Shown here: piece by piece, positions 8,681 to 18,318 of the stretch
Position numbering within the stretch: position 1 is the first letter of the stretch
Layout: every line of letters begins with the position of its first letter
NCBI GenBank assembly: GCA_963769665.1
Contig: CAVYMQ010000002.1
Span: 42,478-106,477, forward strand
Direction of reading: 5' to 3'
DNA from: an uncultured Actinomycetes bacterium
GTDB lineage: Bacteria > Actinomycetota > Thermoleophilia > Gaiellales > Gaiellaceae
DNA: 64,000 nucleotides
Position numbers and translations under genes: made by a program
The notes under the pieces: generated by a model
Told to the model about the DNA's origin: nothing
Seen by the model: only the letters and a program-made list of their open reading frames with translations
Databases searched by the model: none

Positions 8681-10249
8681 ATGGCAGATGCGGCACGCAG
8701 GCCGCTCCCGCTCCCGTTGCCGTTCGAGGCATTGAACGGTGACGGAGCACACATAGAGCCCGATCGTCGGCGAATCGGCTCTGGCGGCGGCGATTCGGCG
8801 TCGATCGGCACAGCGGTGCTCGGAGCCGGCCCCGCCGGCTTGACCGCTGCGTACGTCCTCAGCCGTCGCGGTGAGCGCGGCGTCGTCTTCGAGGCCGACG
8901 GAACCGTCGGCGGTCTTGCGAAGACGGTCGAGTTCAACGGCTATCGCTTCGACCTCGGAGGCCATCGGTTCTTCACGAAGCTGGCACCCATCCAGCGCTT
9001 GTGGGAGAGCGTCCTCGGCGCCGATTTCCTCGTCCGACCGCGCCTCTCGCGCATCTACTACCAGCAGAAGTACTTCTCGTACCCGCTCGCAGCGCGCGAG
9101 ACCGTCCTCCGGCTCGGCGTTGTCGAGTCGGTTCGTTGCCTGGTCTCGTACCTCGCAAGCCTAAGGCCGAGGCGCGCAGCTCCCGAGACGTTTCAGGACT
9201 GGGTGACCGCGCGGTTTGGTCGCCGCCTGTACGACGCGTTCTTTCGCTCCTACACCGAGAAGGTGTGGGGCATCCCCGGATCCGAGATTCGCTCCGAGTG
9301 GGCGGCCCAGCGAATCAAGGACTTCTCCTTAGCATCGGCGATCCTTTCCACTCTCCGCCTCGAGCGCCGGCAAGTAACGACGCTCATCGAAGAATTCCGC
9401 TACCCGCGCCTCGGGCCCGGCCAGATGTGGGAGGCGTTCCGCGAGCTGATCGAGGACGCCGGGATCGAAGTGCAGGTCAACCGGCCGTGCACCGCAATAG
9501 ATCACGACGGCTCGCGCATCAAGTCGGTTGCCGTCGGAGCGAACGGCTCGCAACTCGTGCACCCCGTCGATGCTGTGCTGTCGAGCCTGCCGTTGGGTGA
9601 GCTCGTCCTGATGCTAGAACCGGCGGCTCCGCCCGAGGTCGAGGCGGCGGCAAACCGCCTGCGGTACCGGGATCTCTGCGTCGTCGCGCTCATGACCACG
9701 CAGGCAGAGCCGTTCCCCGACAACTGGATCTACATCCACGATCCGGGAACGCGAGCCGGCCGCGTGCAGAACTTCGGCGCGTGGAGCCCGGATCTCGTTG
9801 TGCCCGGAACAACATGTCTCGGAGTCGAGTACTTCTGCTTCGAGGACGACGACATCTGGAAGATGAGTGACGCGGAGGCGGTCGCGCTCGCGACGAGTGA
9901 GCTCGATCGGATCGGACTCATCGATCCCGCACAAGTCTTCGACGGCATCAAGATCAGGGTTCCGAAGGCGTATCCGATGTACGACCGCCACTACGAGGAG
10001 AGCGTCGCGATGATTCGCGTGTACTTGGAGCGGTTCGAGAACTTGCGGACGTTCGGACGGAACGGACTCCATCGCTACAACAACCAGGACCACTCGATGT
10101 GGACGGCGATTCTCGCGACGCTCGACCTCCTCGACGGCGAGGGCGAGGATGTCTGGTCGGTCAACACCGAAGCCGAATATCACGAGCAGGGAGAGATGAC
10201 CGATCTGCTGCTCGACCTCGAACGCGTCGGCGCCCTCGCACCTGCGTGA
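8681..10249 (+). CDS. FAD/NAD(P)-binding oxidoreductase (amine-oxidase / UDP-galactopyranose-mutase-like)
   Basis: Dinucleotide-binding VLGAGPAGLTAAYVL...VFEADGTVGGLA motif and the downstream GGHRFF motif. The exact start is uncertain. Confidence 0.8.
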   Translation: MADAARRPLPLPLPFEALNGDGAHIEPDRRRIGSGGGDSASIGTAVLGAGPAGLTAAYVLSRRGERGVVFEADGTVGGLAKTVEFNGYRFDLGGHRFFTKLAPIQRLWESVLGADFLVRPRLSRIYYQQKYFSYPLAARETVLRLGVVESVRCLVSYLASLRPRRAAPETFQDWVTARFGRRLYDAFFRSYTEKVWGIPGSEIRSEWAAQRIKDFSLASAILSTLRLERRQVTTLIEEFRYPRLGPGQMWEAFRELIEDAGIEVQVNRPCTAIDHDGSRIKSVAVGANGSQLVHPVDAVLSSLPLGELVLMLEPAAPPEVEAAANRLRYRDLCVVALMTTQAEPFPDNWIYIHDPGTRAGRVQNFGAWSPDLVVPGTTCLGVEYFCFEDDDIWKMSDAEAVALATSELDRIGLIDPAQVFDGIKIRVPKAYPMYDRHYEESVAMIRVYLERFENLRTFGRNGLHRYNNQDHSMWTAILATLDLLDGEGEDVWSVNTEAEYHEQGEMTDLLLDLERVGALAPA

Positions 10250-10295
10250 TCGAACGCGCGGCCTCGGCTAGCCGACCCCGCAGCCTGCGCAGCTG

Positions 10296-11075
10296 ATGCG
10301 CGTAGTTCGGTGGTTGTTTCCCAACGAGATCTCGTCTCGGCGCCCAACCCTCCCCGGTCGACCGAGGACTCGCCTGCTCGCGCTCCTCGCCGTACGCGAC
10401 GGCATGCGGCATCTCCCAGCCTTCGTCGCTAACGTCGCGCCACAGGTCGACGGGATCATCGCGCTCGACGACGGCTCCCGAGACGGCTCCGCGGAGTTCC
10501 TGGAGCAAACGCCCGCAGTGATCGAACTCCTGCGCGTTCCGCCGAACCGGCCAGCGTGGGACGAGGTGGGAAATCACCGAGCGCTACTCGACGCGGCCCT
10601 TCGTCACGGCGCCGAGTGGGTCGTCTGTGTCGACGCCGACGAACGCTTGGAGTTCGAGTTCCGCAACCGTGCCGAACGCGTAATCAGGCGCGGGCGGCGG
10701 CGCGGCTATTCAGCGTATGCCGTCCGCATAAAGGAACTGTGGGATTCGAAAGACGGATTTCGGGCCGATGGCGTCTGGGGGCATAAAGCGCACGCTCGCC
10801 TGTTCGCAGCGCGGGCAGACCACGAGTTCGATTTGAGGCCGCTCCACGGCATCAAGGCACCGCTGCAGGCGCGTCGCAATGGGCAATACCCGCTTGCTGA
10901 TCTCAACATCTACCACCTGGGAATGCTCTTGCGCGAAGACCGGGTCGCCCGTCGGCGTCGATACGAGCTGGCAGATCCGGATCGGCGCTGGCAGGCGATC
11001 GGGTACGCCCACCTAACCGATGAGCAGGGGCTTTCGGTCAAGAGGCTCAACCCCCGCCGCGGCTATGCGGAGTGA
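10296..11075 (+). CDS. glycosyltransferase 2-like protein (paralog B of 5067..5843)
   Basis: DDGSRDGS and DADE motifs. Roughly two thirds of residues are identical by eye to paralog A, which is on the opposite strand. Confidence 0.8.
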   Translation: MRVVRWLFPNEISSRRPTLPGRPRTRLLALLAVRDGMRHLPAFVANVAPQVDGIIALDDGSRDGSAEFLEQTPAVIELLRVPPNRPAWDEVGNHRALLDAALRHGAEWVVCVDADERLEFEFRNRAERVIRRGRRRGYSAYAVRIKELWDSKDGFRADGVWGHKAHARLFAARADHEFDLRPLHGIKAPLQARRNGQYPLADLNIYHLGMLLREDRVARRRRYELADPDRRWQAIGYAHLTDEQGLSVKRLNPRRGYAE

Positions 11076-11107
11076 ACCGCCCACGCTGTAGCAGGCGGCG
11101 CGCCGTA

Positions 11108-11839
11108 CTACGGTGCTGGTCGAAACGCGAAACCATGACGGACAAGCCTCTTCAGGTTGCGAATGCGAGCCGCTCGGACGGGGAGGAGGACCCGCTTCCC
11201 GTCGATGGTGGCGGGGCGGACGGCGTCGAAGGTCCGGAACCGCCAGCTCGGCTCGACGAGTGCGAGGTCCGCGAGAGCACGGGTGCGATCGGACACAGAG
11301 ACGAACGCGGGATCTTCGAGCAACTCGGGGAACCGGACGTGCTCCTCCAACAACCGGCGCACGAACACCTGCTGCCGCTCGATGCGCGCGAGATCCGGAA
11401 GCACATTGGGCGCCGGATCGACCGCCGTCCTTGCGCCGAGCCATTGATGGATGCGCTCGCCCTCGAGCACCTCCTCGGGCGGCTCGAACACGACCAGCTT
11501 GCGCCCGTCCTCGAGCCTCTCGAGAGGATGAAGGGGGTACCAGAAGCGGAGCTTCTTCGGCACCGGGACGGTGAGGCGCACGTCCCCCAGCACGCTTTCG
11601 ACCGCGGAGCGGCGCACGCAGATACTCGCGCCAACGGCCGGCACGTACTCGGAGAGGGCGTCGAGGAGCAGGCCATGGCCGCCCAGTGCGAAGGCGCCGT
11701 TCACACGGTCTCCGACGACCCGCGACCACAGATCGCGGGGGATCCACAGCAGGCGCCGGCGCTTGGGATCGACGACGACGATGTTGTCGGTCGTCGCTTT
11801 CCAGTTGTCGCGATCCGTGATGCTGACGACGGTCGACAT
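11108..11839 (-). CDS. LCP (LytR-CpsA-Psr)-like protein without TM anchor
   Basis: TDNIVVVDPKRRRLLWIPRDLW...VNGAFALGG resembles the LCP core (D..ml..vdp......siPRD...in.ay..gg). Confidence 0.6.
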   Translation of the reverse strand: MSTVVSITDRDNWKATTDNIVVVDPKRRRLLWIPRDLWSRVVGDRVNGAFALGGHGLLLDALSEYVPAVGASICVRRSAVESVLGDVRLTVPVPKKLRFWYPLHPLERLEDGRKLVVFEPPEEVLEGERIHQWLGARTAVDPAPNVLPDLARIERQQVFVRRLLEEHVRFPELLEDPAFVSVSDRTRALADLALVEPSWRFRTFDAVRPATIDGKRVLLPVRAARIRNLKRLVRHGFAFRPAP

Positions 11840-11844
11840 TGCGG

Positions 11845-11943
11845 CTAGCCGAGATAGGCGCGGCGAACGGTCTCGAAGTCGCCGTCCGCGAGCACCTTAC
11901 CTTTCGTTATCAGCACGGCGTGGGAGCAGAGTCGCTCGAAATT
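11845..11943 (-). pseudogene. remnant of an ABC ATPase C-terminus (Wzt-like)
   Basis: The minus-strand translation FERLCSHAVLITKGKVLADGDFETVRRAYLG-stop matches the last 31 aa of the 3374..4087 product (LERLCPRAVLMTNGKVTADGSFEEVRRTYLG). No upstream ABC motifs remain. Confidence 0.7.
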
Positions 11944-12236
11944 CCTTTGGCCTGTCCTAGCTGCCTTGCTGCTGCGCAGCACGCGAGTCAAGCCGCTTAG
12001 GTCCGGGGATCAAGCTCCTTCGCGATCTCCGCGCCCTGCCGATCTTCGAGACGACACGGTAACGCTCGTTCTCCGACACGCTTGCGTTCCTTGCCTACTC
12101 GCACAGTTGTCGCGTCCAGGCACGCCGCACGGGCTGAGTTTCTCTCTCACGACTTGCATTGACGTCGCTGGTGTAGTCGCTGCATTCGTGACGGGGTTGC
12201 GCGGCTGAGTTCGGCACCTCACGCATTGCTTGTAGA

Positions 12237-12388
12237 GCGATCTACCGTCGGTGCTACCGAACTGAGCGAATCTCGCGTCATCTGCAACCACCGGATGTGG
12301 CCCAACGAAGCCGAAAGCGCTCCAGGTAACGCCGCTCGGCCGATATCGCACCCAGGAGGTCGCCGGTTCGGGCTCGGCTGGCTCCACC
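12237..12388 (+). repeat. tRNA-Ala(CGC) 3'-half-containing 150-nt element, copy 2
   Basis: Same 5' module (GCGATCTACCGTCGGTGCTACCGAACTGAGCGAA) and same 3' half, with two T-arm substitutions (GCCGGTTCGGGCTCGGC). It is followed by an imperfect hairpin and GTTTG. Confidence 0.85.
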
Positions 12389-12469
12389 TCCGAACCCGCT
12401 GGAAAACGGCGAGTTGTTTGTCTCCGCCAATTGCAAGTGTCCGTCCGCCACGTCGCTACGATCACGCGC

Positions 12470-12904
12470 GTGAAGGTTCGCAAAGAAATTCAGGTCGCCC
12501 GTCCACCTGCCCAGGCGTTCGCGTACGTCGCGGACTTCTCCAATGCCGCCGAGTGGGATCCAGGGATCCCGGAAGCCAGGAAGGTCAGCGACGGGCCAGT
12601 CGGTCAGGGGAGCGAGTTCGAGGTCGTTGCGCTCTTTCGCGGCAAGCGCCAGCGATTCCACTACGTCGTCACCGCGTTCGAGCCGGAACGCCGTCTCGTG
12701 CTCACGGGCGAAGGCGAGAAGGCAGCCTCGGTGGACGAGATCACCTTCGAACCAACGGAAGCCGGCACGCGAATCGTCTACGTGGCGGACATCCGGCTCA
12801 AAGGGATCGCTCGCGTGGCCGAGCCGCTGCTCGCCCAGACCATGAACCGGATGGCAGACGACGCTCTCGCCGGTCTGAAGTCCGTGCTCGATCAGCCGCG
12901 CTGA
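12470..12904 (+). CDS. SRPBCC (polyketide cyclase/dehydrase-like) family protein
   Basis: KVRKEIQVARPPAQAFAYVADFSNAAEWDPG is a typical SRPBCC N-terminus. Start is GTG 12470, or TTG 12431 as in the ORF track. Confidence 0.75.
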   Translation: MKVRKEIQVARPPAQAFAYVADFSNAAEWDPGIPEARKVSDGPVGQGSEFEVVALFRGKRQRFHYVVTAFEPERRLVLTGEGEKAASVDEITFEPTEAGTRIVYVADIRLKGIARVAEPLLAQTMNRMADDALAGLKSVLDQPR

Positions 12905-12963
12905 GCAAGGCGGTTTTGGGACGCGGCCCGGCGGGCGTGACCCGCCTCGAAACCGGCGCGGAG

Positions 12964-13584
12964 ATGCGTGTGACCGGGACGACCTCTCAGGCAGCGATCG
13001 TCTGCGTGAACGGAGGTCAGAGCGGCGAAATAGCGGGAACATGGAGCGCTTCGATCGAATGGCTGGTGCGCCGGTTGGCGCCCGACTTCCCAGAGCTCGG
13101 CTTCGCCGAGGTGAAGTACCGCATCAAGTCCTGGAAGCGGATGGACTGGTGTGTCGCGGACGCGATCGCCGCGGTCGAAGAGACCGGCGCGCCGCGGACG
13201 CTTCTGCTCGGCTTCTCGATGGGCGGGGCCGTCGCGATCCAGGCTGCCGCGAAGCCCAAGGTGCAGGCCGTCCTCGGGCTCGCGCCCTGGATCCCCGAGC
13301 GGCTGAGCCTCGAGACCCTGCGCGGAAAGCGGTTCGACGTGATTCACGGCTCGCTTGACCGCTGGCTGCCGGGCATCCCCGGTGTCAGTGCGACGAGCTC
13401 GCGCCGCGGGTACGAACGCGCTCGTGCACTCGGCATCGAAGGCGAGTACACGCTGGTCAAGGGAGCCCTGCACGGGATGGCGCTTCGCTTCGGAGGCGAT
13501 CAGCTGATCCCCCTGCCGCGCGCGGGCGCTTGGTCGAGGCTCGTCGCGGACGAGCTCGCTCGCTTTCAGGACTCGCCTGGCTGA
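12964..13584 (+). CDS. alpha/beta hydrolase
   Basis: ATG at 12964 lies within ORF 12226..13584. It has the nucleophile elbow GFSMGG and a downstream HG motif. The upstream part of the ORF is Arg-rich non-coding. Confidence 0.75.
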   Translation: MRVTGTTSQAAIVCVNGGQSGEIAGTWSASIEWLVRRLAPDFPELGFAEVKYRIKSWKRMDWCVADAIAAVEETGAPRTLLLGFSMGGAVAIQAAAKPKVQAVLGLAPWIPERLSLETLRGKRFDVIHGSLDRWLPGIPGVSATSSRRGYERARALGIEGEYTLVKGALHGMALRFGGDQLIPLPRAGAWSRLVADELARFQDSPG

Positions 13585-14501
13585 AGCCGCCGCCGGCCGA
13601 TCTGCTCGGCATCCGGCACCTTGACGTTCCAAACGAGACCGAGCTTCTCCAACCCGCGAATCACCCACCACGACACGTCGAACTGCCAGCGGTGCAGGCC
13701 GTGGCGCGCCGAAGCAGGGAATGCGTGGTGGTTGTTGTGCCAGCCTTCGCCGAACACGAGCACGGCTACGACCCAGTTGTTCCGCGCCTCGTCGCGCGAG
13801 CGATAGTCCTTGCGACCGAACATGTGGCAGATCGAATTCACGCTGAACGTGGCGTGCTGGTAGAGGAAGATCCGGATCAGGCCTCCCCACACCAAGCCCT
13901 CCATCCCTGCGAGCAAGGTGCCACCGATGGCGTAGCCGATCGCAAACGGGATCCCGAGCGTCAGCACGACCCAGACCAGGTAGAGGCGGTCGATCCAGGC
14001 GACGAGGCGGTCCTCGTAGAGATCTCTGCCGTAATCGCGTCCCTGCTCCATGCCGAGGTTCGTGAACAGCCAGCCGATGTGGGCGTGCACGAACCCTTTG
14101 ACCGCACCCCAGGCACCGTCGCCGTTGCCGACATGAGGTGAGTGCGGGTCTCCGGGCTTATCCGAGAGGGCGTGGTGCTTGCGATGGTCGGTCACCCACT
14201 GCGTGAGGGGCCCTTGCATCGTCATGCACCCGAGAATCGCGAGCAACGCCTTGACCGGAGCCGACGTCTCGAAGCCGCGATGGGTGAAGTACCGATGGAA
14301 GCCGATCGTCGTCCCGAACGCGCAGACGACGTACATCGTCACGAGGAGAACGAGATCCCGGAAGTGGAAGCCAACCCCCCAAAGCAGCCCCATCGCCGAG
14401 AGAAGGGCGAGCGGGGGGACGACGACGGCGATCAGCGTCACGACCTGGCTGATCAGGCTCGTCCGCGGGCGAACGGTTGCGATTCGGGCGGCGCTGTCCA
14501 T
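13566..14501 (-). CDS. acyl-CoA/acyl-lipid desaturase (membrane fatty acid desaturase)
   Basis: Three histidine boxes (HRYFTH, HRKHHA, HNNHHAFP) and N-terminal TM helices. Confidence 0.9.
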   Translation of the reverse strand: MDSAARIATVRPRTSLISQVVTLIAVVVPPLALLSAMGLLWGVGFHFRDLVLLVTMYVVCAFGTTIGFHRYFTHRGFETSAPVKALLAILGCMTMQGPLTQWVTDHRKHHALSDKPGDPHSPHVGNGDGAWGAVKGFVHAHIGWLFTNLGMEQGRDYGRDLYEDRLVAWIDRLYLVWVVLTLGIPFAIGYAIGGTLLAGMEGLVWGGLIRIFLYQHATFSVNSICHMFGRKDYRSRDEARNNWVVAVLVFGEGWHNNHHAFPASARHGLHRWQFDVSWWVIRGLEKLGLVWNVKVPDAEQIGRRRLQPGES

Positions 14502-14565
14502 GGTTTATCCCTTCCCGTTCGTGAGAGTAGCCAACCGATATTCGCGCTGAGTCGAATACCGGTTT

Positions 14566-15774
14566 ATGCGAGTTGCTGTCATCGGAAGCGGCGTGTCCGG
14601 CCTGGGTGCCGCACACGTGCTCTCGCCTGTCCACGAGGTCGAGATCTTCGAGCGGGAGACTCGCCCGGGCGGTCACACGCGCACCATTCGACGGGACGGG
14701 GTAGCGCTCGACACCGGTTTCCTCGTCCACAACGAGCGGAACTACCCGCTCCTGACACGCCTTCTTCAGGAGCTCGACGTTCCGACGCAGGACTCGGAGA
14801 TGTCGTTCTCCGTCTCGTGTGGCTGTGGGCTCGAGTACTCCGGGAGGCGGCCGTTTGCGCAGCCTCGCCGCGTCGGGGATGCCCGCTTCCATGCGCTCCT
14901 GTGGGAGATCGGACGCTGGCTGAGGACGGCGCGCCGGTCGCTGGACGAGCTCGACTGCGAGAACTGGTCGCTGGCGCGGTACCTCGACGAGCGGAGGTTC
15001 TCCGGACGGTTTCGCCGGCACTTCCTCGTCCCCCTGACCTCAGCGCTCTGGTCGACCGCACCCGGACGCGCACTCGACTACCCGGCGGCGGCCGCGATCC
15101 GCTTCTTCGAGAACCACGGCATGCTGGGCTTCGGCCGTTTCCGCTGGCGCTATGTCAGCGGCGGCAGCGACACGTACGTGCGCGAGCTGTCGACCAGGCT
15201 CGGGGGCAGACTCCGGCTGGGGCTAGGGGCCCGCTCGGTCCGACGTGGACCCGAGGGCGTCGAGCTGACGACCGACGACGGCGAGCGCCGGCACTTCGAC
15301 GCGATCGTCGTGGCGACCCACGCCGACCAGGCTCTCGGGCTGCTCGAGGATCCGACCGCGGAGGAGCAACGGATCCTGCGCAGCTTCGAGTACACGCGGA
15401 ACGACGCGATCCTCCACACGGATGCGTCAGTGCTGCCGCGCACGCGTGCGGCGCGCGCCTCGTGGAATTACCGCCTCGGAGGCAATGGAAGACCCACCGT
15501 CACGTACTACCTCAACAGACTTCAGCGACTCGACACGGACGTGGACTACTGCCTGACGCTGAACGAGGACATCGCCGACCAGCACGTGCTCGACCGCGCG
15601 GTCTTCGAGCACCCGCTCTACACGGTCGAGTCCCTGGCGGCGCAGGGAGAGCTGGCGTCGCTCTCTGGAGCGCGGCGAACGTACTTTGCCGGCGCGTACC
15701 ACGGCAACGGCTTCCATGAGGACGGGCTTGCGTCAGGTGTCCGCGCTGCGGCTGCACTCGGAGTGCAGTGGTGA
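14566..15774 (+). CDS. NAD(P)/FAD-dependent oxidoreductase (amine-oxidase-like)
   Basis: MRVAVIGSGVSGLGAAHVL dinucleotide fold. The stop overlaps the next gene. Confidence 0.85.
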   Translation: MRVAVIGSGVSGLGAAHVLSPVHEVEIFERETRPGGHTRTIRRDGVALDTGFLVHNERNYPLLTRLLQELDVPTQDSEMSFSVSCGCGLEYSGRRPFAQPRRVGDARFHALLWEIGRWLRTARRSLDELDCENWSLARYLDERRFSGRFRRHFLVPLTSALWSTAPGRALDYPAAAAIRFFENHGMLGFGRFRWRYVSGGSDTYVRELSTRLGGRLRLGLGARSVRRGPEGVELTTDDGERRHFDAIVVATHADQALGLLEDPTAEEQRILRSFEYTRNDAILHTDASVLPRTRAARASWNYRLGGNGRPTVTYYLNRLQRLDTDVDYCLTLNEDIADQHVLDRAVFEHPLYTVESLAAQGELASLSGARRTYFAGAYHGNGFHEDGLASGVRAAAALGVQW

Positions 15775-16505
15775 AATCGGGGCTCTACGAGGGAACGCTG
15801 ATGCACATCCGCCGCACGCCGGTTCGGAACGGGTTCACCTACCCGATCTCGTACTGGCTGATCGATCTCGACGAGTTGCCCGAGCTCGATCGCAAGCTAC
15901 GGCTTGTCTCGGTGAACGGCAGGAACGTCGTCGGCTTCCACGACCGCGACCACTTCCACGGTGATCAGCCGGTGAAGCAGGCGGTGCTCGATCTCGTAGG
16001 CGACCCCGACGTCGAGCGCGTGTTGATGCTGACGCAACCGCGGGTGCTGGGCTACGTCTTCAACCCGGTCACGTTCTACTGGTGCTACCGGGGCGACGGC
16101 TCCCTCGCCTGCATGGTCGCGGAGCTGAGCAACACGTTCGGCGAGCGGCTGCCCGAGGTCCTGCGGGGCTCGGGCCCGGCCTACGAGCACGAGAAGCACC
16201 TGCACGTGTCCCCCTTCATGGGGCTCGACCAATCCTACGAGTACGCATTCGCCGAGCCGGGCGAGGAGGTCTGGGCACGGATCCACGTTCGTGAGGACGG
16301 GGATCGCCCGCTCACCGCCGTGCTGCGCGGCCGACGGCGTGAACTGACCAACGCGAACGTCGCCCGCACGCTCGCCCGCTATCCGCTGATGCCGGCGCGA
16401 GTGTTCGGACTCATCCATTGGCAGGCGCTCCGGCTCTGGTGGAAGAGAGTTCCCTTTCACCACAAGCCCGCCTTCGAACAAGGCAAGGGATCGGTGCGGA
16501 CGTGA
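15768..16505 (+). CDS. DUF1365 family protein
   Basis: The size and the GxLxHxR...F.Y.....L.DLDEL pattern fit DUF1365. It sits in the conserved position between the FAD enzyme and the CFA synthase. Confidence 0.7.
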   Translation: MVKSGLYEGTLMHIRRTPVRNGFTYPISYWLIDLDELPELDRKLRLVSVNGRNVVGFHDRDHFHGDQPVKQAVLDLVGDPDVERVLMLTQPRVLGYVFNPVTFYWCYRGDGSLACMVAELSNTFGERLPEVLRGSGPAYEHEKHLHVSPFMGLDQSYEYAFAEPGEEVWARIHVREDGDRPLTAVLRGRRRELTNANVARTLARYPLMPARVFGLIHWQALRLWWKRVPFHHKPAFEQGKGSVRT

Positions 16506-17740
16506 GCGCGATCGGCCGAGCCGATCGCGCTCTGCGCGCCGCGCCCCGCGCAAAGCGGCTACCCGCCCTCGAGCGAGTTGCGAGCGCCGTGCTCGAGCGT
16601 GCGCTCGCGAACCTTCACGGCGGAACGCTCGAGGTGCGTTTGCCAGGAAGCAGCAGTGTCCGGCGCTTCGGGTCCGGGCCGGCCGTCACGATGGCGATTC
16701 ACGACCGGCGCTTCTTCCGGCGGGTCGCCACACGCGGCAAGGTCGGCGTCGGAGAGTCGTACACCGCCGGCGAATGGGACAGCGACGACCTGGTCTCGCT
16801 CTTCGAGCTCCTGCTGCGGAATGCGGGAGCCTCGGCCGACCGTCACTTGCGCGTTCGGCGATTGCTCGAGGCACGGCCGCGACTGAACACGCGAAACGGC
16901 TTCCTCCGTGCACGCCAGAACATCGCCTATCACTACGACCTCGGGAATGATCTCTTCGAGTTGATGCTCGACGAAACGATGACCTACTCGTGCGCCGTCT
17001 TCGAGCGGCAGGACGACCTACTCGAGGACGCGCAGCTGCGCAAGTATCAGCTGATCTGCAACAAGCTCCAACTCGAGCCCGGCGACCGCGTGCTCGAGAT
17101 CGGTTGCGGCTGGGGCGGTTTCGCGGCTTTCGCCGCACGCGAGCACGGCTGCAGCGTCACGGGCCTGACGATCTCCGCCGAGCAGGCTCGCCTCGCCCGC
17201 GAACGCACTGCAGGGCTCGACGTCCGCATTCTCGAGGAGGACTACCGGAGCCACCAGGGCAGCTATACGAAGGTCGCGTCGATCGAGATGCTCGAGGCAA
17301 TCGGCGAGCGTCAGTTCCCGACGTACTTCGAGGCGATCGATCGACTGCTCGAGCCGGGCGGCCTGGCGTGCATCCAGACGATTCTCGTCCCGGACGACCG
17401 CTGGGATCGGTACCGCAAGGCTCCCGACTGGATCGAGCAGTACGTTTTCCCCGGTTGCCTCATCCCGTCGCTGAGCGCGCTCACGCAAGCGATGACACGC
17501 AGTTCGCGATTGATGGTTCACGAGGTCGATGAGATCGGACCGCACTATGCGGAGACGCTTCGCCGCTGGCGAGCGAACTTCCAAGAGAGCATCCGGGAGG
17601 TTCGACGGCTCGGCTACGACCAGCGGTTCGAGCGAACCTGGAACTTCTACCTCGCGTTTTGTGAGGCAGCGTTCCGGACCCGCGCGCTCCGCGACGTCCA
17701 ACTCACTCTCACGCGGTCGTTCAACGAGGCGCTCGCATGA
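16502..17740 (+). CDS. cfa: cyclopropane-fatty-acyl-phospholipid synthase family methyltransferase
   Basis: GTG at 16502 overlaps the previous stop (GTGA). It has the SAM motif VLEIGCGWGGFA, YSCAVF, and an IEMLEAIG block typical of the CMAS family. Confidence 0.85.
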   Translation: MSAIGRADRALRAAPRAKRLPALERVASAVLERALANLHGGTLEVRLPGSSSVRRFGSGPAVTMAIHDRRFFRRVATRGKVGVGESYTAGEWDSDDLVSLFELLLRNAGASADRHLRVRRLLEARPRLNTRNGFLRARQNIAYHYDLGNDLFELMLDETMTYSCAVFERQDDLLEDAQLRKYQLICNKLQLEPGDRVLEIGCGWGGFAAFAAREHGCSVTGLTISAEQARLARERTAGLDVRILEEDYRSHQGSYTKVASIEMLEAIGERQFPTYFEAIDRLLEPGGLACIQTILVPDDRWDRYRKAPDWIEQYVFPGCLIPSLSALTQAMTRSSRLMVHEVDEIGPHYAETLRRWRANFQESIREVRRLGYDQRFERTWNFYLAFCEAAFRTRALRDVQLTLTRSFNEALA

Positions 17741-18318
17741 TCCTGTACGAGCTGCTCGAGCGCGTCGGCTTCCGCACCCTCGCCCGGAAGCTGTACAGGG
17801 TCCAGCTGCGGGGAGCAGAGCACATTCCGAAGACCGGCGGCGTCATCCTCGCAGCCAACCACGAGTCGATGTTCGACCCGTGGCTCCTCGCTCTCGCAAC
17901 GCCTCGTCGGGTGCGCTACATGGCCAAGTCGGAGCTCTGGCGTTACCCGCTGGTCGGACGTGCGCTGAACGCCTTCGGCGCCTTCCCGGTGGAGCGCGGA
18001 GTTGGAGACGCGGCCGCGATCTCGAACGCCGCGGACCTGCTGCGCGACGGCGAGGTGCTCGGAATCTTCCCGCAGGGAACGTCCAAGCAACTGCAGCGCC
18101 GCCCGTACCATCGCGGCGCGGCGCGGCTTGCGCTCGCAACGGGCGCTCCGATCGTCCCGGTCAGGCTCGTGGGCACGCGAGGTTTTCTGCGGCCCGGTCG
18201 CCCGCCTGCGCAGGTGATCGTCGGCGAGCCGATCGTCGTGCACCCGGCAAAGCCCACGCTTGTCGCGGCCAAGGAGCTCACGCAACGCGTCGAGCGCCGG
18301 CTCGTGGAGGCCGCGTGA
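17737..18318 (+). CDS. lysophospholipid (1-acyl-glycerol-3-phosphate) acyltransferase
   Basis: HX4D motif NHESMFD, and FPQGT and PIVPV blocks. ATGA overlap with the cfa-like gene. Confidence 0.85.
   Translation: MILYELLERVGFRTLARKLYRVQLRGAEHIPKTGGVILAANHESMFDPWLLALATPRRVRYMAKSELWRYPLVGRALNAFGAFPVERGVGDAAAISNAADLLRDGEVLGIFPQGTSKQLQRRPYHRGAARLALATGAPIVPVRLVGTRGFLRPGRPPAQVIVGEPIVVHPAKPTLVAAKELTQRVERRLVEAA

Noticed and set aside
14502-14565. GGTTTAT direct repeat (14502-08 and 14558-64) in the desaturase / FAD-oxidoreductase divergent intergenic region, as a possible operator.
   Set aside because: It is only 7 nt, occurs twice, has no palindromic structure and has no regulator gene adjacent. 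It cannot be distinguished from chance.
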